This document shows, piece by piece, positions 18,203 to 27,675 of a stretch of DNA of 60,974 nt (the stretch's first letter is position 1; every line of letters starts with the position of its first letter). The notes below the pieces were generated by a model. It saw nothing but the letters and a program-made list of their open reading frames with translations. It made no database searches and had not been told where the DNA came from. The position numbers were made by a program, and so were the translations under genes. Source of the stretch: Candidatus Geothermarchaeota archaeon (GTDB lineage: Archaea; Thermoproteota; Nitrososphaeria; Geothermarchaeales; JDFR-13); contig WAJV01000036.1 of assembly GCA_015523725.1 (NCBI GenBank), positions 1-60,974 on the forward strand, in the 5' to 3' direction.

Positions 18203-19288
18203 TTGGAGATAAGGAAGGTTCAAAAACTTGGTTACTCAACGATTGTAGTCAGTCTTCCTAGGAGTTGGGTGCGGGAAAAGAGGCTCAAAAAGGGTGATAG
18301 TGTTATCGTTAGAGCTGAGGAGGATGGGTCGCTTAGGATAATACCTTATCACGTTGGTGGCGAGGAAGAGGTTTATGAGAAATATGTCGTTGAGGTTGGT
18401 AAGATAAATAATAAGGGCTTGGTCGAGAGAATATTAATTGGTAATTATCTGCTCGGGCATGACACAATAACATTTAGGACTGATGATAGGAGGATGCCTC
18501 CATGGGCATTGGAGGAGATAATGAATGCTATTAATAGGTTAGCTGGTGTTGAGATTGTTGACCAGAGATTGAATGAAATTACTGTCCAGTGTTTCATTGA
18601 CCCGACTAAGTTTAAGCTTAGGGGATTGGTTAGGAGGCTGTATACATTAATTTTCTCTATGCTTGAGGGTATCCGTATATTTTTGACTGAGGGTGATGAA
18701 AATATATTCGACCAAATTAATGGTATGGAGAATGAGGCAGACAGATTATATTGGTTGATTATTAGGCAACTCTTATTGTCTCAAAAGAGTTGGAGGGTTG
18801 CTAAGGAGATTGGTTTAGAGCATCCGTATCATATAGTTGGTAATAGGGCTATTGTTAAGGCTCTGGAGGATATTGCTGATAGGGTTAGCGATATTAGTGA
18901 TGAGATTAGGAAACTGCCTCCTGAATGGATAGATGAGGAGAGAAATAAGAAAGAAGGTATTCTACATAAGATAGATCAGCTTCTCAGTAATGTGGATACA
19001 TTAGTTGGTGATTCGATGCAGGCTTTCCTTGAATTGAATCTCGATTTAGCTAATCAAGTCATTAATAATACTAAGCAATTTGGGAGTAAGACTGTAAATT
19101 TGGATATTTGGGCTTTATCTCATTTACATGACCCGATCATACTTAGCACTATTAGGTTACTCTTGAGCCATATTAATCGTATAATTGATAATGTTCAGTT
19201 GATTGCCGAGATTACGTTGAATAGGGCGCTCGAGACGCCTAATAAATATTGTCAATGGGTATCTGAAGAGAAGAAAAGAGAGGAGTAG
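18203..19288 (+). CDS. AbrB/SpoVT-domain plus PhoU-domain regulator
   Basis: EIRKVQKLGYSTIVVSLPRSWVREKRLKKGDSV is an AbrB-type swapped-hairpin motif. It is followed by helical PhoU-like repeats (ENEADRLY). The ORF is open from GTG 18194; TTG 18203 gives the usual MEIRKVQ N-terminus. Confidence 0.7.
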   Translation: MEIRKVQKLGYSTIVVSLPRSWVREKRLKKGDSVIVRAEEDGSLRIIPYHVGGEEEVYEKYVVEVGKINNKGLVERILIGNYLLGHDTITFRTDDRRMPPWALEEIMNAINRLAGVEIVDQRLNEITVQCFIDPTKFKLRGLVRRLYTLIFSMLEGIRIFLTEGDENIFDQINGMENEADRLYWLIIRQLLLSQKSWRVAKEIGLEHPYHIVGNRAIVKALEDIADRVSDISDEIRKLPPEWIDEERNKKEGILHKIDQLLSNVDTLVGDSMQAFLELNLDLANQVINNTKQFGSKTVNLDIWALSHLHDPIILSTIRLLLSHINRIIDNVQLIAEITLNRALETPNKYCQWVSEEKKREE

Positions 19289-19414
19289 GATTATTATACC
19301 TTTATGCGAGGAACATTTACACGGCGGCATCGAATTCATTCATCTATATGCATTTAATTATCGGGATATATCTATAAAGGATTTTATTATCTAATTTTTT
19401 GAGATTATATTTAG

Positions 19415-20362
19415 GTGAATGTTTTGGCTAATATAAGGATTGAATCTATACCAATTGCTAGGAGATTGGATGGAAGCTATATTAACTTAACTAAAATAGT
19501 TGTAGGGGAGGGCGAACCCAAGATATTTCTGGGTGCATCTATTCATGGTGATGAATTAACTCCTATTGCTTCACTATGGAGGCTCTTGGAATATTTGAAG
19601 GTCGCTGAAGTAAGTGGTAGTGTCACAATATTGATGGGTATGAATCCGGAGGGAATCGCTTTTGGAACTAGAGTCGACCCCTATTTTAAGGTGGATATGA
19701 ATAGGGCTTATCCAGGTGATAAAGATGGTATTTTGCCTAGGAGGATTACACATACTATATTTCAGATAGCTAAGGATTCTGATGTAGCCGTTGATCTACA
19801 TACCGCTGGGAACTGTATACCATTTATATTAGTGGATCCGGTTGAGGGTGGTTTGCGGAGTGAGGTGCTTAAATATGCAGGGAGTATGGGTATTACTATT
19901 TTAGAGGAGTATCTGGAGAAGGATTATAAGGCTGAGCATTTATCAGAGAGTTTACCTCCTAAGTTGTTGGAGTTAGGTATTCCCTCCTATACGTTGGAGT
20001 TGCCTGGGGGGTTGAGGATTGATTGGAAGGGGGTTAATGTTGGTTATAAGGCTATTATTAATCTTATGGTTTTTCTTGGGATGATTGATACATCTAAGGT
20101 GTCTATAGATGAGTATCCAGTTATTAAGGAGCTGGGGTATAGGAGGTATGATGTAAAGTCTTCATCTGCTGGTATTCTGGAGCCTTATGTTGAATTGGGA
20201 GATTATGTTGAAAAATTCACTCCATTGGGTGTTATCCGTAATTTATCTGGTGTGATTGAGGAATGGGTTAAATTCGATAAGTCCGGTTATATAGTCGGTT
20301 TACCTAATAGGTCAATAGTCTATCCTGCTGATAGATTATTTCTAATGGCCGTTAAAGATTAA
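19415..20362 (+). CDS. Succinylglutamate desuccinylase/aspartoacylase family zinc hydrolase
   Basis: IHGDELTP and DLHTA zinc-ligand motifs. GTG start. Confidence 0.7.
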   Translation: MNVLANIRIESIPIARRLDGSYINLTKIVVGEGEPKIFLGASIHGDELTPIASLWRLLEYLKVAEVSGSVTILMGMNPEGIAFGTRVDPYFKVDMNRAYPGDKDGILPRRITHTIFQIAKDSDVAVDLHTAGNCIPFILVDPVEGGLRSEVLKYAGSMGITILEEYLEKDYKAEHLSESLPPKLLELGIPSYTLELPGGLRIDWKGVNVGYKAIINLMVFLGMIDTSKVSIDEYPVIKELGYRRYDVKSSSAGILEPYVELGDYVEKFTPLGVIRNLSGVIEEWVKFDKSGYIVGLPNRSIVYPADRLFLMAVKD

Positions 20363-20442
20363 TATAATTGATTTCTTTAATTATTGAATTACTCTATTTT
20401 TATCAAGTGTGGTCAATTGGATATATATTGGGGGTTTTTTGG

Positions 20443-20916
20443 ATGGCGATAAAGGAATTGTGGGAGGAGTCTGGAATAGAGTGTCCGAAGTGTGGCGCTA
20501 AGAATCCGAGTGATGCTGTTTTTTGTATTAAATGTGGTACTAGACTTAAGCTAGGTAAGGATGGCTCCGATTTATTACTAAGTTTTACATTGGTAATTGC
20601 TTTAACGTCATTAGTTGATTTGTTGTTTAATAAAGGTGTGTCGAGTTTATTGCAAGCTAATCAGTCTTTCGGCATACTATTTCTGCTAGGTCTGATTTCA
20701 TGTGGTATTATCTTTTATGTATGGTATAAATATCGGAGTATGGGGTATCCTCGGGAGGGAGGCGTTTATAAATTATTTATACTAGCAAATATATTCTTGC
20801 TGGGTGTTTATGCAGTTTTCTACTTTGTCTTTTTCCTAGTGGGTTTAATTGCCATTAGCCCTCTATGGATCGTGTTTCTTTGGGTCTTATATCGAATAAT
20901 CTGGAAGCATGAGTAA
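20443..20916 (+). CDS. Zinc-ribbon membrane protein
   Basis: CPKCGAKNPSDAVFCIKCGTRL followed by 4 hydrophobic helices. ATG 20443 preferred over the upstream TTG. Confidence 0.55.
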   Translation: MAIKELWEESGIECPKCGAKNPSDAVFCIKCGTRLKLGKDGSDLLLSFTLVIALTSLVDLLFNKGVSSLLQANQSFGILFLLGLISCGIIFYVWYKYRSMGYPREGGVYKLFILANIFLLGVYAVFYFVFFLVGLIAISPLWIVFLWVLYRIIWKHE

Positions 20917-20934
20917 GTAAGTTTATTTCGGTGA

Positions 20935-22281
20935 ATGTTTGTGGAGTCAGTGACTTTGTTAGTCAGGGATATAGATGAAAAAGGTAGGGCTTACGGTTAT
21001 TATAAGGATATCAAGTTTTATGTAAAATATGGCGTTCCTGGTGACTATGTCAGAATTAAACCGTACATAGTTAGGAAAGGTAGGCGAGGGAGATTAAAAG
21101 AGTATTGGGGAGATATTATAGAGGTTGTTGAGGCAAGTAAATATAGGGTGGCTCCTATATGCAAGCATTTTGGGGTTTGTGGAGGATGTAGATTTCAGAA
21201 TATAGATTATAGCTATCAATTAAGGTATAAATGGAATATCTCGGAAAGATTTTTCAATGAAATATATAGATTGAGGGTAGATTTGGGGGATGTAATTCCC
21301 TCTCCAAGGATCTTTTACTATAGGAACAGAATGGATTATCCAGTTGGTATTGTAGATAATTCTCCAGCTATAGGTTTGAAGATGGCGGGTAGGTGGGATG
21401 TACTTGTTCCCCTTGAGGAATGCCACTTAATGTCTAAGGAATCTATTGATATTATACATATAGTTAGGGATTTTATGGTCAAGCATGGAATAGAGGCATA
21501 TAATATATTTACGCATGAGGGTCTTGTTCGATATGTAGTTATTAGGGAGGGGAAGTTCACCGGCGATAGGTTAATATCTTTGGTTACATCAGATGGGCCT
21601 TTCCCGTATTTGGATGAATTAGTTGAGGAACTGAAGAAATATGCTACTGGAGTGATATGGAGCATAAATCCAGGGCTTACGGATACTTCCTTAGGAAAGG
21701 AAATACGGCCGCTTTATGGTAAGGATTATTTGGAAGAGGAGATTAATAGAGTTAAATATCATATTCATCCAAATGCTTTCTTCCAAACAAATTCATATCA
21801 AACAATTAATATGGTGAACATAGTTAGGGAAATGGCCTCTGGCGGTGGCTTACTTATGGATCTTTATAGTGGAGTTGGTTTATTTACAATTCAGTTAAAG
21901 GATTTATATGATAATATTGTCTCGATTGAAGTTGATGAAAATTCAGTGTATAGTGCCGAGATTAATGTTGGTAAAGTAGATGGAAATATAAATATTATAA
22001 AGGGAAGGGTTGAAGACATGCTTCCACTATATTTAAATACACACCCAGATACAGTTATTGTGGATCCGCCTAGACCAGGGCTATCATTGAGTGTAAAACA
22101 AGACTTACTGAGAATAGCGCCTTCAGAAATTATATATGTGAGCTGTAATCCAGAGACTATGGCTAGAGATATAAAGTTCCTAGGTAAGGGATTTGAAGTT
22201 GAAGGTGAGATTAAACTACTTGATTTATTTCCACATACTCCACATATAGAATTGATAGCTAGGTTGGTTAAAAAAACATAG
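20935..22281 (+). CDS. TRAM-domain RNA (uracil-5)-methyltransferase (RumA/TrmA family, Fe-S type)
   Basis: CKHFGVCGGC cluster, SAM motif DLYSGVGLF, DPPRPG, and catalytic VSCNPET. Confidence 0.85.
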   Translation: MFVESVTLLVRDIDEKGRAYGYYKDIKFYVKYGVPGDYVRIKPYIVRKGRRGRLKEYWGDIIEVVEASKYRVAPICKHFGVCGGCRFQNIDYSYQLRYKWNISERFFNEIYRLRVDLGDVIPSPRIFYYRNRMDYPVGIVDNSPAIGLKMAGRWDVLVPLEECHLMSKESIDIIHIVRDFMVKHGIEAYNIFTHEGLVRYVVIREGKFTGDRLISLVTSDGPFPYLDELVEELKKYATGVIWSINPGLTDTSLGKEIRPLYGKDYLEEEINRVKYHIHPNAFFQTNSYQTINMVNIVREMASGGGLLMDLYSGVGLFTIQLKDLYDNIVSIEVDENSVYSAEINVGKVDGNINIIKGRVEDMLPLYLNTHPDTVIVDPPRPGLSLSVKQDLLRIAPSEIIYVSCNPETMARDIKFLGKGFEVEGEIKLLDLFPHTPHIELIARLVKKT

Positions 22282-22348
22282 ATTAATGAATCATTCGTTG
22301 TTTTATTGTCCAATATTTTTATATGAAATTAATTTTATTTGTGAATAT

Positions 22349-23233
22349 ATGGTGGATATTAATTGCATAGACGTTACACCTCAATACAAAAGTGGATATA
22401 TTTGTTCATATTTGGTAGATTCATCTGAGAAGAGGTTGCTTATTGAGACGGGGCCAATGTCATCAGTCGCTAAGCTCCTAGATGGACTGGCTGATTTAGG
22501 CTATTCATTGAGTGATATTGACTTTATAATTGTTACGCATATACATTTGGATCATGCGGGTAGTGTAGGTCAGTTAGTTAGTATGAATCGAGGAATTAGA
22601 GTCTATGTACATCCTAGGGGGCTTATACATCTAAATAATCCAATTAAATTATGGAGTGCCAGTAAGAAAACTTTAGGGGAAACAGCTAAATTATATGGTG
22701 AGCCGACGCCTGTTCCCATGCAGAATTTATATGCCCCCAAAGATGGTGAGATTATTAGTATAGATGAAGATATTATAAAATTTATTTATACGCCTGGACA
22801 TGCTTCTCATCACATGTCTATTTTTTTAATGAAAAGTGGTGTAATATTTACTGGGGATAGTGCTGGTATAAATATTTCAGGAAATATAATCCCTGTAACA
22901 CCTCCACCTCATAATCCTATTAAAGCTATTGATAGCCTGAGGAAGATGATTAATTTGCATCCTAGAAGGATTGCTTTTACCCATTTTGGTTTATATGATG
23001 GTTTGGCTTACCTGGAGAGGGCTTTAAATAAATGGGTGATGTGGACAAATTATGTTAGTGAATGGTATAATGAGGGCTTGGATGTAGCCACTTCTTATCG
23101 AAAGATATTGGATTTAGATGAGGATGCTGTTAGGTTGGAGAGATTTTATAATGAACTTTCCTTGGGGAATAATGAGATTCTGATAAGCATTGATGGGTTA
23201 TTTAAGTATTATGAATGGGTGAAGCGGGATTAG
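22349..23233 (+). CDS. Metallo-beta-lactamase fold hydrolase
   Basis: THIHLDHAG, TPGHASHH. Start taken at MVDINC (ATG 22349). Confidence 0.7.
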   Translation: MVDINCIDVTPQYKSGYICSYLVDSSEKRLLIETGPMSSVAKLLDGLADLGYSLSDIDFIIVTHIHLDHAGSVGQLVSMNRGIRVYVHPRGLIHLNNPIKLWSASKKTLGETAKLYGEPTPVPMQNLYAPKDGEIISIDEDIIKFIYTPGHASHHMSIFLMKSGVIFTGDSAGINISGNIIPVTPPPHNPIKAIDSLRKMINLHPRRIAFTHFGLYDGLAYLERALNKWVMWTNYVSEWYNEGLDVATSYRKILDLDEDAVRLERFYNELSLGNNEILISIDGLFKYYEWVKRD

Positions 23234-23487
23234 CCTCCCCCTACCACAGGCATTAATGCAACCCTATCTCCATCCTTTAACCTTGTTTCCAATCCATTTA
23301 GATTATTGATGCTTACCCCGTTTATTAAGATTACCGCATTTTCGATATGGTTTGATATGTATGTGTACAATTCTTCGGAGATTTCTTGTATTAGTTCCCG
23401 AATCGTCATTCCTTTCCTGTATTCTATCTCTAACATTCCTTCCTTTGTATATTCTTGGAAGAAACCTAATACTCTTACTTTAATCAT
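23230..23487 (-). CDS. MoaD/ThiS/SAMP-type ubiquitin-fold protein
   Basis: 85 aa, beta-grasp pattern, C-terminal ..MPVVGGG. It has a 4-nt overlap with the upstream AOR gene. Confidence 0.7.
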   Translation of the reverse strand: MIKVRVLGFFQEYTKEGMLEIEYRKGMTIRELIQEISEELYTYISNHIENAVILINGVSINNLNGLETRLKDGDRVALMPVVGGG

Positions 23488-25352
23488 GTTTTAAGCTCTA
23501 CCCCTATTGCCTCCAATTCCCTGGCTTCCCTGGATAGCCCTAAACTATTCATTGTAGACTTAGTAGGTACTCCATTGCTATCCCATCCCCTGAGCTTATA
23601 ATAAATGTCTAGCATATAATTGTACTTTTCTCTGTTTAGTTTCGTCCCTTTCTTTGGCCCTTGTGTTAGTGGTTCCTCGAACCATCGTTCTGGTGGTGTA
23701 TCCATACTTCTCATCCAATAACCATATTCTCTTATCCAGAAAGCACGTATTAATGTATATATTCTATCTGCAATTAGATTAAGATCTTGTGGTGAATATT
23801 CTACTCCCGTTGATAAATACATAAATTTAGGGTAGTAGTCGAGGTTTAGATGTACCTCCACCCAAGGTAGTCTACAAGTTACGAATGTTTCGAACCAACC
23901 TCCTCTAATCCTCTGTAGCTCTATAACTTTAGCTACTTTCTTTTCATCTGTTTTATCAAATCCATATTGGGCTTCCCATGCGATTACCCATGCATCCTTA
24001 TGGTGGGCTCCGATTGGTGAAGTTCCATAGGATAATGCCATTCCAGGAGCTACATGGCAATCATATGCTGTAATTGGTAAGCCTTTAACATGCATGGCGA
24101 ATTTCACTGAGGATCCGCCTATTTTTAACGATGCATATCTTAAACCGAAGCTGAGTGTTTTTCCAAATTTTTTCTTGTTTATCATTAGGTCTATTATGTC
24201 CATGGCTGAATCGTAGTCTCCCCACTTTGGTTCAATTCCGTCTAGGTCATTTTTATCTATTAATCCTTTTTCATACGCCTCTATCGTGAATGCTACAGCA
24301 GCTCCAGCTCCTATAGTATCAATACCTAAATTGTCAGTATACCTCACCAGTCTGATTGTTTCATTCATATTCGATATACCTATGTTTGAGCTTAGCATGG
24401 CTACATTTTCATAATCCATTTCAGCCCTAACTTTTTGTCCTTCGTCCTTTGTCTCTGCTACATTTCCACATGGCATATTACAATTTGGGCATCCTTTCTG
24501 CGTTACTTTATATTCTTGGGCCATAACTTTTCCGGTCATCTTCTCGGCTTCTTCGAACCATCCTTCTCTAAAATTATAGGTCGGGAGTACACTATTTTCT
24601 TGGCACCATTCATATACCCCCATTGTTCCTTGTTCCATCCAGAATGGATACATCGGAGCTTTTCTAACGTCTCTTAATGCTTGTGTACCTAGTTTTCGGA
24701 GATCATCCTCCTTGAATAGCTTGATTTGTCCGTTTCCTCTTATTACGACGGCTTTCAAGTTTTTACTTCCCATGACTGCGCCTAATCCAGGTCTTCCTCC
24801 TGCTCGATCTTTTTCTGACATAACCACTGCGAAGTGATTTAAGTTTTCTCCTGCTTTTCCGATAGTTAGTATCCCTGAGTCTTTTCCATGTAGGGAAGTT
24901 AGTTCATCATGTACTTGACTTGCATCTAGTCCCCATATATCTCTAGCGCTTTTAAATTCTACTTCATCATCTTCAATATAGAGGTATGAGGGTTCTTCAG
25001 CCTTCCCCTCTATTACTATTGCGTCGAAACCTGCTTTTCTCATCATGACTGAGGCCCTAGTACCCACATTACCGTCACCATATCCCCCGGTTAGAGGTGA
25101 TTTTGACGCCACTACTAATTTTCCACTGCTGGGTAGTGGGAGGGCGGTTAGAGGCCCTACTGCGAATATTAATAAGTTATCTGGATGTAATGGATCTGTA
25201 CCTGGTTTCAAATGGTCCCATAATATCCTAATCGCCAATCCCCTTCCGCCTATATAGTTGAGAGCTATAGATGGATCATATTTCCATATTGATGCCTTCT
25301 CTCTCGTTAAATCTATCCATAATATTTTTCCTCCCCATCCACCTTTTAACAT
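23484..25352 (-). CDS. aor: Tungsten-type aldehyde:ferredoxin oxidoreductase family enzyme
   Basis: N-terminus GGWGGKILWIDLT, GLGAVMGSKNLKAV, and CPNCNMPCG-type cluster region. 622 aa. Confidence 0.9.
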   Translation of the reverse strand: MLKGGWGGKILWIDLTREKASIWKYDPSIALNYIGGRGLAIRILWDHLKPGTDPLHPDNLLIFAVGPLTALPLPSSGKLVVASKSPLTGGYGDGNVGTRASVMMRKAGFDAIVIEGKAEEPSYLYIEDDEVEFKSARDIWGLDASQVHDELTSLHGKDSGILTIGKAGENLNHFAVVMSEKDRAGGRPGLGAVMGSKNLKAVVIRGNGQIKLFKEDDLRKLGTQALRDVRKAPMYPFWMEQGTMGVYEWCQENSVLPTYNFREGWFEEAEKMTGKVMAQEYKVTQKGCPNCNMPCGNVAETKDEGQKVRAEMDYENVAMLSSNIGISNMNETIRLVRYTDNLGIDTIGAGAAVAFTIEAYEKGLIDKNDLDGIEPKWGDYDSAMDIIDLMINKKKFGKTLSFGLRYASLKIGGSSVKFAMHVKGLPITAYDCHVAPGMALSYGTSPIGAHHKDAWVIAWEAQYGFDKTDEKKVAKVIELQRIRGGWFETFVTCRLPWVEVHLNLDYYPKFMYLSTGVEYSPQDLNLIADRIYTLIRAFWIREYGYWMRSMDTPPERWFEEPLTQGPKKGTKLNREKYNYMLDIYYKLRGWDSNGVPTKSTMNSLGLSREARELEAIGVELKT

Positions 25353-25543
25353 TTGTTTGTCACCGTGAATTTGAAATATTTAAAATATAATTTGCATTTC
25401 ATGGTTATTAATCTCTGATATATTTTTAGTATATTGCTAGTAATCCCGTTATTCCTCATCATTATTTTTTTGGTTTTGGAGCCGAATATATATGGATAAA
25501 GTTATTAATGGGTAGTGTATAACTATGTTATAATGGTGATGCG

Positions 25544-25849
25544 ATGACTGGGGGAATTACAAAAGAAGACGTATTAAATGCATTAAAGTCTGTATATGAC
25601 CCAGAGATTCCATTCAATGTAGTAGATCTGGGTTTAGTGTATGAAGTGAAGGTTAATGATGGGGATGTGTATGTTAAGATGACCATGACCTTCCCAGGTT
25701 GCCCAGTTGCATCTATGATAGTAATGCAAGCCGAAGAAGCTATTAAAAGGATAGATGGTGTAAAAAGTGTTAAAGTTGAGCTTGTGTGGGATCCTCCTTG
25801 GACTCCGGATAGAATCTCTCCGGAATTGAGGGAGGAATTAGGTCTATAA
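25544..25849 (+). CDS. DUF59/MIP18-family Fe-S assembly protein (SufT/PaaD-like)
   Basis: VYDPEIPFNVVDLGLVY and TMTFPGCP motifs. Confidence 0.75.
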   Translation: MTGGITKEDVLNALKSVYDPEIPFNVVDLGLVYEVKVNDGDVYVKMTMTFPGCPVASMIVMQAEEAIKRIDGVKSVKVELVWDPPWTPDRISPELREELGL

Positions 25850-25980
25850 ATTTTTATTTTTTGCTTGGTATAAACAATTGGCATTGCCAATTAAGTTAAT
25901 AATCATTTATGAGGTATTGTATTTATCTAAATTATTTTGGTTTAGATTATATATTGTAAGGGTTGTTAGGTGAATCATTA

Positions 25981-26343
25981 ATGTCTGATGATATTGAGTA
26001 TATTAAGCGAAAGAAGTTTATTGAGTATATGAATAGAATGCTTAAGGCCCAATCGTCTCCGGATAAAACTCAACCAAGTGATGTTCTGGAAAGAATTAAA
26101 GGTTTTTTGTCTGTAGAGGCTTATAAGTATCTTTTGGGTTTGAGGAACAGGGATAAATCCCATTTTGATAAGGTTTTGCAGGTCTTGGTTTATATGATGT
26201 TAAATGGTTATATCGATGTTCCTGTTAGAGAGAAGGATGTTATTGTGGTTGATAAGAAATTAGGTGGATATAAGGGTAAGATTTATGTTGAGCGTAGGGG
26301 GGAATTGAAGGAATTTGGGGAGGCTTTTAGGGAGGATTCTTAA
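25981..26343 (+). CDS. PDCD5/TFAR19-like dsDNA-binding protein
   Basis: Pattern VLERIKGFLSVEAYKYLLGLRNRD..KVLQVLVYMMLNGYI resembles the archaeal PDCD5 family. Start at MSDDIEY. Confidence 0.5.
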   Translation: MSDDIEYIKRKKFIEYMNRMLKAQSSPDKTQPSDVLERIKGFLSVEAYKYLLGLRNRDKSHFDKVLQVLVYMMLNGYIDVPVREKDVIVVDKKLGGYKGKIYVERRGELKEFGEAFREDS

Positions 26344-26897
26344 TCATCGTGGAATATTAATTTCTCATTTGCTAGATTGTGTTTGATTACTTTTATATCT
26401 GGAAAGTTCTTCTTAATAACATCTATTGTGGCAGGGTCATCCTCGTGATACTCAATGATTTTTAATCCATAATTAATCATCTCCTTTATAAGTTTGGTTT
26501 TGTAATACTTATCAGGCTCCCTATTATTTTTGGGTCTCATTATTAAGGCGTGGTATTTTATACCGAATTTTTCTAATTGCTTTATGGTGTCTTTTCTCAA
26601 TGTCTCTGGTCTTCCTGTTAACAATATTATCCCATATCCTTCGTTGTATTTTTTCATCAAATTCTCTATCTCCCCCATATTGGGTTTGTCTAGATGCAGG
26701 TATTTATTTGATAAGAATATTTTCCAGAATTTTGCTCTCTCTTTGGGAGGTATTCTCCTAATATTAGTGTGTGGATCTATACCACTTTCCTCAATACTTT
26801 TCATGTATCTCTTACTGACATCTATTAGGGTGTTATCAATGTCATAAATTATTATCTCTTTATGTTTTAGCTGATTATATATATCTAATGGTAGCAT
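26340..26897 (-). CDS. HAD-superfamily phosphatase (polynucleotide 3'-phosphatase-like pattern)
   Basis: IIYDIDNTLID nucleophile motif and LLTGRPE..MRP.NNREPD.YYKTK pattern. Its start abuts the UDG stop with 0 nt gap. Confidence 0.55.
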   Translation of the reverse strand: MLPLDIYNQLKHKEIIIYDIDNTLIDVSKRYMKSIEESGIDPHTNIRRIPPKERAKFWKIFLSNKYLHLDKPNMGEIENLMKKYNEGYGIILLTGRPETLRKDTIKQLEKFGIKYHALIMRPKNNREPDKYYKTKLIKEMINYGLKIIEYHEDDPATIDVIKKNFPDIKVIKHNLANEKLIFHDD

Positions 26898-27542
26898 TTA
26901 TCTATCACCTTTTTGAATGAAGTAGTCTAATGGCCCTTTATAACCCTTGTTAGCGAGTTCTTTTATAACTTTAAAGTCATTGAAGAGTATCTGTCGTAGG
27001 TTAGGGTTATATAAAGCTGCTGCAGGGTGATATGTCGGGACTATAGTTATATGTTTCCCGTCTATTTTTCCTTTGAATTCATTTCCATGTATATTAGACA
27101 TGCTTCTAAATGTAATTCCAGCTATCTCGAATATAGTTTTTGTTGCATGTCTCCCTAGGGTCACTATTATTTTTGGATAAATTATATTTATTTGTCTCTT
27201 TAGATATGGAAGGCAACTATATATTTCATCTGGCTGTGGATCTCTATTCCCGGGTGGTCTGCATTTAACTATATTGGTTATATATACGTCGTCTCGTTTG
27301 ATTCCCATTGTCTCAATTAGTTGCGTTAATAGTTTTCCAGCTGCTCCTACGAATGGGCGTCCTGTGGCGTCCTCCCTCGCCCCGGGGGCCTCACCGATAA
27401 ACATAATTTTAGTATTTAAATCACCTTCTCCTGGTACTGTATTTGTCCGGCTTTGATATAGCTTGCATTTTTTACATGTCCTTATTTCCTCTACTATTTT
27501 TTGCATTAACTTCTCCTTATTCATTAGTATCACATTACACAT
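26898..27542 (-). CDS. udg: Family 4 uracil-DNA glycosylase (Fe-S)
   Basis: CKKCKL, GEGDLNTKIMFIGEAPGARED, VKCRPPGNR, and HPAAALYN. The true start may be M7. Confidence 0.85.
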   Translation of the reverse strand: MCNVILMNKEKLMQKIVEEIRTCKKCKLYQSRTNTVPGEGDLNTKIMFIGEAPGAREDATGRPFVGAAGKLLTQLIETMGIKRDDVYITNIVKCRPPGNRDPQPDEIYSCLPYLKRQINIIYPKIIVTLGRHATKTIFEIAGITFRSMSNIHGNEFKGKIDGKHITIVPTYHPAAALYNPNLRQILFNDFKVIKELANKGYKGPLDYFIQKGDR

Positions 27543-27675
27543 ATGATTGTTGAAGGGGATTATATTATTATATTTTCCTATGTTATCTAAACGTAATAGT
27601 TAATATTATTGATCTGCAGATTGTTTCCCTTAAAATTCATATATTTTTTATTAAAAATATTATCGTTGTTGATTT

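Noticed and set aside
25528-25890. 120-aa - strand ORF overlapping the DUF59 gene.
   Set aside because: The + strand product has clear DUF59 motifs. The antisense translation is Ser/Thr/Ile-rich with no features.
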